A stretch of DNA of 64,000 nucleotides, taken from positions 124,001 through 188,000 of the forward strand of contig OZ237766.1 in the NCBI GenBank assembly GCA_965178125.1. Direction: 5' to 3'. The position numbers were made by a program, and so were the translations under genes. Positions 25,920 through 38,854 of this stretch are shown in pieces. Numbering within the stretch: position 1 is the stretch's first letter; each line of letters begins with the position of its first letter. Origin of the DNA: Bilabrum cf. latius. Lineage: Eukaryota. The notes under the pieces are model-generated. The model did not search any database. It was not told the origin of the DNA and saw only the letters and a program-made list of their open reading frames with translations.

Positions 25920-28856
25920 ATGTGCGACCGCGAGCTGCGACCATATTTGGGTCGCTCACAGTAGATTCGGCAGCGTCGTGCAATCGCAGCGTCGTCCGTC
26001 TTTGTGCTGCTACATGTGATGTATTTTGCCGGAAACGCAAGCGCGGCGTGTCCCAACCGCTGCAGCGGTCACGGCGACTGCGTCTCCGCCCGTGCTCGGT
26101 GCGCCTGCCACGAGGGCTGGGACGGCTACGATTGCTCGCTTCGGCTGTGTCCCCTGGGAAACAAATGGACGGGATTTCCCACTGCCGTAGACAGGGTGCA
26201 CGAGGACCAGGCGGAGTGTTCCAACAAGGGCACTTGCGACAGGACCACGGGAATCTGCGACTGCCTGCCGGGGTTCGAGGGGCTGGCCTGCGAGCGGATG
26301 AGCTGTCCGGGGAGCAGAAGTGCGCCCTGCTCCGGCAACGGGAGGTGCTTGACCCTGCGGGAGGCGGGGGCCGAGCGAAACGGGATCAGCCTCACCAGGC
26401 AGTTCCGATATGACGAGCCGTGGGACTCTGACATGATCCGGGGGTGCGTGTGCGACCTGGGCTTTGAGGGGTACGACTGCTCCCAGAGGGTGTGTCCCCG
26501 GGGGGATGACCCCATGACGGGGGGGCAGGTGGACGAGGTGCAGCTGATCCACTGCTCCTGTCCAGGGGCCAACTGCACGGGATATCTGCACCTTACATTC
26601 GGCGGGGAGGTCACGGCCCGCATCTCGCACCAGGCGGTGCCCGCCCGCGGCAACGAATCCGGAGCCACAAACGGGCTGGGCCTGGGCCTGGGCGAGAGCA
26701 CGGAATCGAAATTGGAGGAGCTGGCCTCCATCGAGGGTGTCATCGTGCGGCCGGGGACTAACGATTCCGAGTACTCGAACGACACTCAGGCCGAAGGGGG
26801 GCACCCGGCCACCGCCCTGTGCCTCCCCGAGTCCCAGGGGGGTGCCATCACCCGCATCATATTCAACGAGAGAGGCGGCGACGTGCCAGCTCTGGAGGTG
26901 ACGTCCTAGATCAGGGGGCTGGATGCGGGGGGCTCGGATGCCGGCAACGGGACGGTGTTCGTGGAGCACAGCGGCCAGGGAACAAGCGTGGATGGCACCA
27001 CCGAGTTCATTGACTGCAGCGGGAGGGGGCTGTGCAACAGGGATTCGGGGCTGTGCAACTGCTTCAGCGGCTATGCCTCGTCTGACGGCGACGGGAATCC
27101 GGGCTCGAGGGGGGACTGCGGGTATGCGTTCGGGGCTATCGACGACTGCCCCAACAGCCTCTCGCGATGCAGCGGGCGCGGCGAGTGCGACAACACCCGG
27201 GTGGTCGCAAACCAGCTGGCCGTGGTGGACAACACGGTGGCGGGGTTCGAGAACACGACCTTCGAGTACACGTGCGGCTGCTTTCCCGGTTTCACGGGGG
27301 CGGACTGCTCGGAGCGGGAGTGTCCTAGGGGGTACGCCTGGTTTGACGAGCCGTACGCGGAGAACAGGGCACACGCAGAGATGGAGTGCTCCAACCGTGG
27401 CATATGCGACCGGGACTCGGGCACCTGCGCGTGCCAGCCGGGGTTCACGGGGTCTGCCTGCCAGCGGCTGAGCTGTCCCCTGGGGAACAACGGTGACACG
27501 TGCTCCGGTCGGGGGAGATGCCTCACGCTGCGGGAGCTGGCCCCGCTGTCCACCCGCCAGGGGTACCCCCTTGGTGGGGTCGAGGTGCAGCGCATCAATT
27601 GTTCCCTGGACCAGCACAACTTCACCATCTAGCTGAACCACCACCGAACGTTCCCCATCAGCTGGGACGCGAGTGAGATCGAGGTGCGAGACGCGCTGGA
27701 GGTGCTTCCCACGGCGGGTCTGGTGGAGGTCTCTTTCGACCCTGGCCCGACGGCGTGTCTCGGCAGCGGGAACGAGATCATCGTGAGGTTCCCTGCGAAC
27801 CTCGGGGACGTTCCTGAGATGAGCGGGTTTGCGACCACCCCCACCGGGGTGGGTTCCATCCAGGTTACAACCGAACAGGACGGCAGCAGGCTCTCCTACG
27901 GCCTGACCGACGGCGACCTCGACACGTGGGACGCGGACCAGATCCACGCGTGCTACTGCGACGGGGGCATAGAGTACAACAAGACGCTCCCCGCCGACAC
28001 TGAGTACTCGTACGAATCCACCGGTGGACGGCATTACGTGGGGTACCAGGGGGGCGGAGTGTCCACCGAGCCGGACCCTCGCGGGTTCATGGGCCTGGCC
28101 TGCGAACTGAGGCCGTGCCCCGTGGGCATAGATCCGTTGAGTTCCACTGAGCTGCTCGAGGCGCCCAGGGAGACACAGGTGATTTCCTGCTCCGAGTCCC
28201 CCCTCAACGTGACGAGTGTGGGGGAGCCTGGGCTGCTGGTCAGGCTGCAGCACATGGGCGAGTCCACCCCGGTCTTCGGGCCGAATGCAACGGCGGCGCA
28301 CGTGCGTGACCTCCTGTTGGATCTCGGCTCCACGGGGCTGCTGAACGTGACCATCAACTCGACAGCCGCCACGGAGGTGCGGGCGCAGATCAACGCCACG
28401 AACGCGGCGAGCGGTGTGACGATGACGAGCGACGAGGTGGAGGCCCTGGTGCTGGAGCAGGTGTCCTGGTGCGAGCTCAACGAATCGGTGCCGGACGCGG
28501 GTGCGGAACTGTCCGTTGAGTTCCTAACGGAGCTGCAGGACCTCCCGCAGATGAGGCTGGAGGTGCTGCGGGGGGACAGCAGGTAGGTGTCGGTTGCAAC
28601 CGCGGTGGACGGTGCCGGTGCGGCGATCGAGTGCAGCGGCAGGGGCACGTGCGACGCCAGTTCCGGTTTGTGCACCTGCTTCAGCGGGTATGTGAGCGGG
28701 GATGGGCGCGGGTAGAAGGGCGGCAGGGGCGATTGCGGCGCTCAGGACATCCACTACATCCGGCCAGGGGACGAGACGTATGCGCCCACGGTGCTGCAGA
28801 ACCGCGCGAGCATCAGCGCGCGGGCAAGGGACGCGGCACTGCCGACGCGAACATGA
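25920..28856 (+). CDS. Secreted EGF-like/tenascin-like Cys-rich protein of the stramenopile (mastigoneme/SIG-like) type
   Basis: ATG 25920, hydrophobic signal, then CPNRCSGHGDC...ECSNKGTCDRTTGICDC...WDSDMIRGCVCD...CPRGDDP repeats. One frame through TAGs at 25962, 26907, 27630, 28584 and 28713. TGA at 28854. Confidence 0.85.
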
Positions 28857-29277
28857 GATTGAGTATAGATCGAGATTTGCCGTTGGTTCAGTATTCAGTT
28901 TGGGCTGCTGTCCCGCCTGCCTCGAGCGAAGCGAATGTTCGGCAAATGAACCGAAACCAGAACCTCGACTCCCATCAAGTACATCGCGCGCCAGCAACTG
29001 CCACAGAGAGAGTAGAGGGTGCGAGAGACGCAATATTAATCATTCCAGGTAGCTTACTGAGAGAGTTGGTGGCATTGGGACTGCTAATCTTTCTTGATTT
29101 ACGCACAACTTTCCTCTTCTAAAGATTGGATCAAGTGCCCTGCTGGGCCTCTTGTGCAACAGTGCTGGGGCACGCAGCGCTCGATTCGATATCTGGTGTA
29201 TAACTCTGTATTTAAACTATTGTGAATTTGGCTCACTGCGTTGACTCAGCTTCCCAAAGCGCGGCACTAAGCAGGCA

Positions 29278-32200
29278 ATGGGTACATCAACAAGTAGTCT
29301 GCTTGGGACTGGCGCGAGCGTGCAGTATCCCGCGCAAGACTCCAAGAAATGGGCGACTGACACCATGTCGGCTGCATCAAGCCTTCGTAGGCAGTCCGGC
29401 CTACGCCTGAGTCTGCACGATTTTGGCCACATGGTGCGGCACGTTCATGTGAGCACGCTCGGCGAGCGGCCGCCTGGCGCCTTCCCCATGCTCTACGACA
29501 GCTCCACTACCAGCCAGCACGCCCTTCGATCCAGGCTCGCGGCCAGAAGGATGGGCCCCTAGATCCCCCCCGGCGGGTTTCTGGCCCTTCCCGACTAGCA
29601 ATACGACAGGATCGCAGACCCGAGGGAGCGGCGGGCCGCAGTGCCGCTCCCGGTTGCAACCTTTTTGCTCGAGGCGGGTGCCCTGCACGGCCCCATGCGC
29701 ACGTGCGCGGGCCTCATGGCCGTGGAGGGTGTCCTAGAGGACCTGGAGCACGCCAGGCAGATCCAGGGGGCGAGGGAGCACGCACTGGGGAGGGTCCGTG
29801 TGACGAGTGTGCCACCGGGGCACAGGCTGGTGCTGGTGCTGAACCAGCAGGAAATCGCGGCGTGCGGGTGGTGGGGCAAGGTGCGGCAGGGAAATAGCGT
29901 GCAGATTCTGGTATATCTCCGTGCGGAGCGACCGCCAGCGCACTCCCACGGGCGCAATCCGGGCGGCGCTCGCAGGAGTCCTGCCGCCCCGCCTGTCTCT
30001 GAACTGAGCTATGTGTGCTCAGCGTGCACGGCTTATGACAGCGGCATGACCGTGGTGCAGGCATCGGCGGAAGCGTGCTCTGTGGCGAAGTCGGTGATCG
30101 AGTCGGGTTGGGCCTGCCTGGCCCGGGTGGTGAACGTGCCTCCAGAGAAGGTTCACCGGGCGCACCGCATTGTTCCCTGGGCCGTCATGAAGGCGCTGCA
30201 GGTAGAACACGAGCACGAACACGAAGAGTCTTCGGGTGCTGGGGCGGCGGGCAAAGGAACCAGTGTCCTGGGTGCGTTTAGGGCCATGCAAGACGCCATG
30301 GGGATGCGCAGCAGCAGCAGCAGCAGCAGCACAGCGGCGCAGGCCAGCAGTGCAGCGGGGAGCAGCATGCGGAGAGGAGGCAATATCCAGGCCATGCAGG
30401 CCGCCATGTATGCCCAAAAGGACGAGGCCATCCCGGAGCACGCCCTGAAGCTCATCGCTAGGACGGCCCGGGCGCTCACTCGGAGGGTGCTGCTGCCCGA
30501 TGCGGGCTGCCTGCCACGCGTGCAGAGCATGCACTCCCTGAGGCTGGAGGGGGCTGCTGCCCTGCGCGAGGCCTCGCTCCCCTATGGGCACCTGAACGAG
30601 AGGCAGCTGGCGGCCATTGGGATGTGCCTTCAGCGCAACCCGCTGAGCGTGCTGTTCGGGCCCCCGGGCACAGGCAAGACCACCACGCTCGCGTCATTCC
30701 TGGCACTGCAGCTGCGGCGCAAGGTCCGGGCCCCGCGGGTGCTGCTGGTGTCCACCTCAAACATAGCCGTTGAGCTAGCTCTGACAAAGGCACTGCGGCA
30801 TACCGCAGACGGCCAGCAGCCATGGGAGCGCTGGATGCAGTCGGAAGGCGTGCTGCGAGTTGCGTCCATGGGCCGCACGGGCACTGACACCGCGAGTGAA
30901 CAGGGGTCTCAGGCTGCGCGGGCGATGCAAAAAGTGGCGGTCAGCGGGTCTGTTCCCCTGGACGCACTGGCGAAGAAGCGTCTTGTGGTTGCGACCATGG
31001 ACACAGCCGCTCGTTGGATCTTCGACGTACTCGGGGCGGTGTACGAGGGCAAGCGAGGGGTGGGCAGGTGGGCGGGGCGGGTGACCTACAGCAAGGCGGT
31101 GCGAGAGAGGCTGCAGGCGTTCGCCTTCGACTATGTAGTGGTCGACGAGGCAAGCCAGGCGAGGACGTCTCAGCTCTTGCCGGTGCTGATGGCGGTCTAC
31201 CTCGCGAAAGAGGTGCTGCAGGGTGGATCAGCAGGAGGTGGTGGGTCCAAGGCGAGAGGCGGCGGCAGGGGCAGGGGTAGGGGCAGGGGCACGGGCAGAG
31301 ACCGGGGCAGGCAGACTGCAGCACCGGCTGAGGAAGGGGGCATCAGCAGCCGGACGAGGGCTGGCAAGAGGATGCAGCAGCAGCAGGTACCAGCACATGC
31401 ACAAGCACATGCACCCGCTGTGAGGGTAAAACGAGAGAGCCCCAGAGCGGGTGCAGTGCACGGCAGTCGCGCGTACGGCGACGACGAAGAAGAAAACGAC
31501 GACGATGGGGATGTTGACGATGCTGGTGCATTGCACGACGATGCACTCGCGCGAGAGATGCACCTGCCCACCCTCGTCCTCGCAGGCGACCCCATGCAGC
31601 TGGGGCCCGTGATCCACGACAGAGTCGCCGATGCGGCGGGGGCGGGCGTGTCACTGATGGAGCGGCTGCTTGGTGCAGACGTGTCTGGGATGGCCAAACT
31701 GGGCAGGAGCACGGTGGCAGCCGTCGTGCGGGCGATCTCAAAGGTGCATGGCATTGCAATACAAGAAATCCAGCGAGGCATTGCCGCCAGATCGACGGCT
31801 GGTGCCCACGTCTCTGCTGCCAGCGCGGCCGGGGGTTGGCCCGTCGGAGCCGGGCTGTCAGATCCGAGCAAGCTGCAGGTGAACTACAGCAAAGTGGCCA
31901 AACTGGCGGGCATAGGACCCCCCGTGGTGATTCAGCTGAATGAGAGTTTCCGGGCTGTTCCGCAGCTGACGTCACTGTGGAGCGAGGTGTCGTACGGTGG
32001 GTCCGTGCACGCCGTCAAGTACGTTGGCCCCCGATTTGGGGCTGCTGCCACGAGTAGCTCACATGCCTCCGCTGGGTATGGGACGGGGTATGTGACAGGG
32101 GCGGGGGCTCACGGCGGGGCTTGGAGCCACTCCTCCTATGCAGCCTCGTCCTCCTCCTCCTCTTCGTCGTCGTCGTATTCCTATTCTTCTGCTCCTGGCT

Positions 32201-34599
32201 CGATGGTTCTATCGGCTGCATCCCGGATGGGAAGGGACGACACGGCTCAGAGCGGGCGATGCTACCGGATCCAAGCCGCCCTATCTCGCCTGCTGCACCG
32301 TGCGAGCGCACCAGCACAGCCGCTAAGATCCGTACACGATCATCACATGTCGGTTGACCGGGCCTACAGGGTGCCCGGCCTGTCCCTGCCTGAGTTCAGC
32401 AGCCTGAGGATAGAGGAGAGCTCCGGCGGGATGCAGGCGCTCCACGCCGCGGTGGGGGAGATGGCGCGGCAGTCGGGCGGCTTGCACTCGTCACAGGACA
32501 GGCGGCCGCAAGGGTCCCTGGCCGCCCATCTGCTGGACCGGTGCTTTCAGCTGGACCCGGCTATCGGGCGGGCGGTCCTTGCCGCGGCACACACGGCTGT
32601 GCTGCACGGCATGCCGGCCCGGGCGCCCCTCGTGGTCTTCGGCATCGACGGGAGTTGCGTATCGTCCCAGGGAACAAGGTCCAAGGAGAACAAGAAAGAG
32701 GCGGAGGAGGTGAGCAATGTGCTGGCAGGGGTCGCGGCCGAGGCGGGGGGTATCGACCAGCTGAGTGCCTCTGTGGTGACCCCCTACGCAGGGCAGCAGT
32801 CCCGGGTGCGGGAGCTCATCAGGGGCCGCTTCGGGGAGGCCGGGCTGGATGCGGTGAGGGTGGGCACAGTGGACGGTGTGCAAGGGACGGAGGCGGATCT
32901 AGTGGTCATCAGCACCGTCAGGAGCATGCCTCGCGTGACGAGTGCAGGCGCACGTGCAGGTGCGAGCGATGCCGCTGCCGCTGCCGCTACTGCTGGCGCT
33001 GGCCCACTATCTTCGAGCGAGGACCAGGACACCGGACTCGGCTTTCTGGTCAATCCACGGCGCACCAACGTGGCAATCTCACGGGCCAAGTTTGGACTGG
33101 CGATCGTGTGCGACCCTCGCGCGCTGATGCACGATCCGCACTGGGCTGCATGCGTGGCACTCGCGGCGTGCACGGGTTACCTGTCCCTGCCTTACCAAGG
33201 GTTCATGGCGGCTGGCGCTCGAGGCTCCGAGTCGGCCCAACGTGCCGCCAGGGCAGGTGCACCATCACAAGCGTCAGCATCAGAATCAGCATCAGCATCG
33301 TCCGGCAGTACAGGGAAAAAGGCTGCGAAGAAGCTGTCCCCGTGGGCTGACTTCATTGTTGACTTGATCCGGGGGATTCCCCACTCCTCTTCCACTGGGG
33401 TGCTGCTGACTGACATCGGCAGCAGGTACAAGGAGCTTCACAACAAGAGGCTCGCGGATGCGTTGAAGAAGAAGAAAAAAGGGCAGAGCTCCAAGCTGCG
33501 CAGTATCATGAGCGAGCTGGTCAGCAGCGGGATGCTTGCACCGTGTAAACGAGGCTCGCAGCAGGCGTGGAAGCTGAAGGCAGCACCCGAACAGGCAAGC
33601 CAAGCAGGCTCGAAAGCAGGCTCGAAACGAGGCAGACAGGAGAGCGCGGAGAGCCATGACGCCAGGTACGACAGCAAGCGGGCGAGGGTCGATGCCCCTG
33701 CCCCGGCCCCTGTCCCTGCCCCGGCCCCCGCTCCAAGTCCGGCCCCTGCCCCTGTACAATCCTTCTCGGACAAGATCAAGTCCATGATGGGCACCAGTGC
33801 CTGGACGGTCTCAACGATCGCCCAGCAGTACAACAAGCGCACAGGACAGGGCCTGAAGGCTGCCGTTCGTGGGGCGTACAGCATGACGATTCAGGCCATG
33901 CTGGAGGACATGGCCTGCGAGGGTGAGCTCGGGAGTGACGGCCATCACGACATGAGGCTTCGGCAGTACTGGGTGCTGGAGGACGAGGAGGAAGAGAGTG
34001 AGGAAGAGAGTGAGAAAGAGCGTGAGAAAGAGCAAGAGGAGGAATATGAAGAAGAAGACGAAGATGATGACTAGCTGGACCAGCTTGAGGGAGCTGTCCT
34101 GGACTTACTCCACAGTGACCAGTGGACATGCAGCGATATCGGCCAGGAGTACAACCGGCAGCATGGCGGGCGACTATCGGATGCTGTCTATGACGCATAC
34201 AACATGTCTGCGCGGGAACTCCTGGAGGACTTGGCAAAGCGTGGGTACCTGTGGCACGATGGGAACGGCGATGCCAACCATCGACTTTACTGGATCGCGC
34301 CGGACGAAGACAGCGAGAGCGAGAGCGAGAGCGAGAGCGAAGACTAGAGTGACAATGAGAGCGGCAGTTAGTCATTGGAAGAGCACTTGATGGATCTTTA
34401 CGACGGACGACGGCTGACTGCTGATGAGCTCATGGACGAGTTCTATGACGCCAACAGAGAGAGCCTGGTGGATGCGATTGCCGAAGTGTACGACGACACC
34501 TCGGTGATCGACTTGCTGGACCGCATGGTGGATGATGGTGACCTGTACTGGGATGGGAATGAAGACACATATTGCAGGCAGTACTGGGTCACTGAGTGA
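29278..34599 (+). CDS. Superfamily 1 UPF1-like (DNA2/NAM7) helicase with four C-terminal winged-helix-like repeats
   Basis: Motifs GPPGTGKT, VVVDEASQ, LAGDPMQLGP, SLMERL, TPYAGQ, TVDGVQGTEAD and RRTNVAISRAK. Frame extends through TAGs at 29560, 29596, 34072, 34345 and 34369 to TGA 34597. Confidence 0.85.
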
Positions 34600-35478
34600 T
34601 GCGGTATGCGGTGCCCAGGACGGCTATGAGTTGGGCAATATCGTGAGCACCAGGACGGGGCCTGGTGAGCACTTTGAAGGTTTTGCACTGCAGCTAGAGC
34701 TACTATTAATATGTATTCGCACACAGATCTGTGGTGCTATTGGCACAACCCGAGGATGGTGGCATAGTTGACAATGAACTTCACTTCGACATTGGTTGTG
34801 CTTCACTTCCTAGAGGCCATTCCAAAGAGTGCCAGTGGAATTGGACAGGTGTGCTTTTCCAACCAGCAGTGGTCCCGACGGGCAATCCGGATGGGATGTA
34901 TCCAAAGAAGGCTGATTCAACATAGCTAACGTTTAAATCTATGTCCAGATATAGAAGTATTATCCGGATACTCTTAGTTGATGACAAGTCCCAAGAGATG
35001 GAGAACCATCAGAGAAGCCGGGGTGGTAAAAGGGAGACACGAAATGACACCCTGGATAGCTATCGTACAATGGCACCTACATGCAATACATGGCGCCAAG
35101 GGCCCGTATGACCGCACAACAGCCGCATAAATCGGCCATTGTCTAAATCGTACGCACCCTCGCCATATCCATGCACGAAACATCAGGCCAGGCCAGGCAA
35201 GCCAACCCAGCCGGCGTCCGGATTGGCAGCAGCAAGATTCAACCACGCGTCGCCTAAAACGCCGGCTGGCCCAAACCATACAGCTAGTAGAGCGCATAAT
35301 CGCATCGTCGTTACAGCCATTGCGAGTCTACGCTTGGCCCAGCGTGAAAGCGCTAATATTCACCCAACGGCGCCATCGCCGGACCCAGCTACCCTTGCAT
35401 CACCACAGTCTCAATACATCACAGTTCGCCACACACACACCCCTCCCCCGCACCACCTATTTCACTCGTCACACCGTC

Positions 35479-36656
35479 TCATTCGTCCTCCGAGTGGGGG
35501 ATAGGGGTCCCCGTGAAGCCCTCGGGGGCCTCCCACTGGCTCTCCCCCGACTCGTTGTTGACGTAAAACACATCCCCCTCCTCGTCCACGTAGGCGGTCC
35601 ACTGGTCGTTTACCTCGTTCTCGTCGTCACCGCCCGCCTCGTCCTTATTCTCCTCTACCTCTTCCTCCGCGGCGGGCTCCTCCTTCTCCTCTTCCTCCTT
35701 CGCAGCCGGCTCAGGTGCCGGGGCCGGGGCTGGCTCGGGTGCAGGAGCTGGGGCAGGGGCGGGGGTGGCTGCCGGAGCCGGCGCCGGGGCCGGTGCAGCA
35801 GCCGGTTCGCTCGAGTTCTGCAGGATTTCAGCTGCTTGCAGCATCTCCGGGGGTGCGGCCGCTTTGAGCGCCTCCGTCCGGAGCTAGTTGGTGTCGGCGT
35901 CGGCTCGGTCTGCCTCGTGGCAGCCCCACGCTCGGAAAACGGCGCACCAGCCCTCCATATCTTCCTTCGCATGCACTCTAAACTGATACGATTCTCTCAA
36001 TTTCTGCGATATTGCACCAGAGGCTTGGCAAAACCTTCAATCGTTCCACTGGCAAGGATTCATGAATGAGCGTGCTGCGGCATTTCATGATTCTCACTTG
36101 ATCCAAAGACTTCCCAGGCTTCTACTTAACCTAGAACTGCCAAAACCCGTCCTTAGCATCTGTATCGGGAACCAGGTGGTAATCATCCAGCGGGATACCG
36201 ACTTTCTTCAGCGAATCAATGCCCCGCACCGCGTCATCTTTCGACTTCCAGTACCTCAAAATTCCATCCTGCAAACCAAGCCAAAATAAATGAATCAAAT
36301 GTAACCCCAAAATACAGTAGAGTCTGCCAGCCGATCATGGGTGGGCAGGGCTGGCAGCCGATTGCAGAGTATTCCGAAAGCATCAACTACCGTCTTGGGG
36401 TGAAAAGCCTCACCTCAATTCGAACATAGCGAGAAGCCCAATCCTTGCTACCAAAAAAACTTCTACCGCCGCCCTACTTCTAAATAATTCCTGCGAGCAT
36501 AGAGCAAAGGACGGTTGCACCTGCCACGAAACTGTATGTGGCAAAGAACCTCTCCTCGCCGGATAGCCGACGAATAGCAACATTTTGTGCCCAACTAGAC
36601 AAGTGAATACTATAATACTCACCTTCTGTGGGAGGAAGCGACCCTGACTGCGCCAT
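35479..36656 (-). CDS. PH-domain and WW-domain protein (exons 36656-36623, 36490-36414, 36268-36098, 36003-35479)
   Basis: Spliced product: EGII*K*GGGRSFFGSKDWASRYVRIEDGILRYWKS...YQFRVHAKEDMEGWCAVF (PH) and QWTAYVDEEGDVFYVNNESGESQWEAP (WW). TAGs at 36480, 36474, 36131, 36122 and 35884. Stop is TGA. Confidence 0.82.
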
Positions 36657-36823
36657 GGTTGCAGACTAGCCGGGATAGCTGCTTGGCCTTGTCGGTTCGG
36701 AGTCCTCGACTCGAGACTATTGTAGGGTGCATTATCAGATATAGTAATTGAGGTTTGCAATAAGATCGAATGCAGGGTGAGGCACCCGCAACGCGTGACA
36801 TGATTACATGATATGTCTTATTA

Positions 36824-38567
36824 TCAAGCCTTCCCGGAAGCCGCCTTGGCCTGCCTGCCAGAGAGCACGTACACTCCCGCGAGAGTGAGCAAGACACCGC
36901 AGGGAAACCCCATGGCCTGCTGGGCCGTGAACCCCTCGAATTCCTTGAAATAAATGCCCCCGCTCACGATCGTCGCCGCCATGAAAATCGCCGAGAAGAC
37001 CGGTACCACCAGCAAAGAGTCGAACATCTGCAACCCCCTGGCCATGTAGTGCTGCTGCCCCACGATGCTCACCCCAGTCCCCGCGATGAGCAGGTAGGTC
37101 ATCCAGTACACGAACTGGTTCTCCCCACGGACGGTAGTCTTCACGATCTCAGTCACGCTCTTGGCGAACACCACTGTCTGGGCCCCCACGAGGGCAGCGA
37201 GGGTGCCGTAGAAGACAGGGTGCAACCGAGCAAACGGCTGGTAGGCGGCGGGCGGCATCTGCAGCGCCCCCCGGAGCACAGCCAGCTTGCGGGCCTTCTC
37301 CTCCTTCGCCGATAGATGTGACGAGTGAGAACTGGCCCCTCCGGCCGCAGCACCTTCGAGTCCCGTGTTCTCTGAGGCGGAGAGCATTCGCGAGCTATTG
37401 CCCCGGGCTGCAGCCGGCGCCGAAGCCCCGTTGCCCGGATCGCTAGACGGTTGGTTGCCTTGCTGCTGCCCATGATGCTGCTGCCCAGTAATGCCGGCGC
37501 TGTGCTCGCTTGGTCCCTCGGACGAAGCGAGGAGGCCGATCTGCTCGATCGACTGGCCTGTGGCGCTGCTGCCGCGGCGCCGAGGCGAATTGGTCACCGA
37601 GAGGGTGCCTTTCTCCTCGTCCCTGCCCCCAGCGCCGCCTGCTCCCATCGGAGCAAGTGCCCGGTGCTCTCCCACGCCGAGGCCGGGGCTAGCGCCCCCA
37701 TTGCCCAGCGATCGCGACCCGCCGCGCTACTGTCTCCCAGCAGAAGCAGCCCGTCCTCTCCTATCTGCCCCTGTCCCAATCGCACCCGCCTGCTCCAAAA
37801 TGCGAGCTTCGGTCTCTTTCGCGGCTTGCGAGGAAGCGAGCACGTGCTCAGCTGATTTTGTGAAGTTATGCATATACAGCACCGCACCTCCAACTACAAG
37901 CAAGTACATGATCATCGGTGCCCTTAAATACAGCGCCTTGAGCTGTGGGAGGGTGAAGCATCGCTAGCTCCTCGCACCAAACGACAGAGCCAGTAGACCG
38001 CCGATGACTACCAATCCCGTCCCAGCCAGATCCACGAGCTGCAACCCCTCCCCAAGGAAAAATACCGCAAACACTACATTAGAAACAGGCGATAGAGCCC
38101 CGGTAGGAGCCACGAGGCTTTGTGGAGCCAATGCAAACGAGACTACATCCAGGATGGCCGCCAGGATGACAAGGCACATCCCGCCCCACCACCGCCACTG
38201 CTGGGTGTAGTCCATGCGCTCTGCAAGCGGCTGCGCAAATAATACAACAAGGCATACTGAGCTTCGTCGTCAATCGATAATGTTTGGGTGCTGCAGAGGA
38301 AGCTGATTTCGTTGGCTCACTTTTCGCTCTTCCATCATGAAAGAGTATTTCTGCAGGTTGACCCCAAAGTTTGAAGCGACCGATGCAATACAGCCTACAA
38401 GCACGCCCTGCAACCCCAACGAGAGATATATGGGTTGCATATGATCGGGTCAGGTCCAGGCACGGATTGCTGCAGCAGCTACACCGATTAACACTCACTA
38501 TCATAACCTACTCAGTGCTATGCTCGGTACTAGACCCGCAATGGGGCGATACATGATTATCCTCCAT
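36824..38567 (-). CDS. NIPA-family magnesium transporter (exons 38567-38499, 38407-38321, 38230-36824)
   Basis: Motifs NFGVNLQKYS, WRWWGGMCLVILAAILDVVSFALAPQSLVAPTG, GAQTVVFAKSV, MARGLQMFDSLLVVPVF and SGGIYFKEF. TAGs at 38508, 37964 and 37727. Stop is TGA. Confidence 0.88.
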
Positions 38568-38854
38568 CGTGACTGCTCCAACAGGGCCAAACTGCCCACA
38601 AATGATGGTTCGAACCGAGATAGAGCGACTGCCGATGGCTGCCACAGTACCCTGCAGCCTCGGCGCCAATTTCTTAAATAGATGTAGTGTATACAGGATC
38701 CATTGCACAGAAATCATTGAGCCTCTAATATAATTTAATGGCATGCATGCACTGGCAGGCCCATGCGATTGGGCCGGGCCAGCAACATTATTCAAATCTC
38801 AAGCTGCCGGCAACGAGCTGGCAGGGCCTCACTTACACTGGTGTGCTGCGGGCA

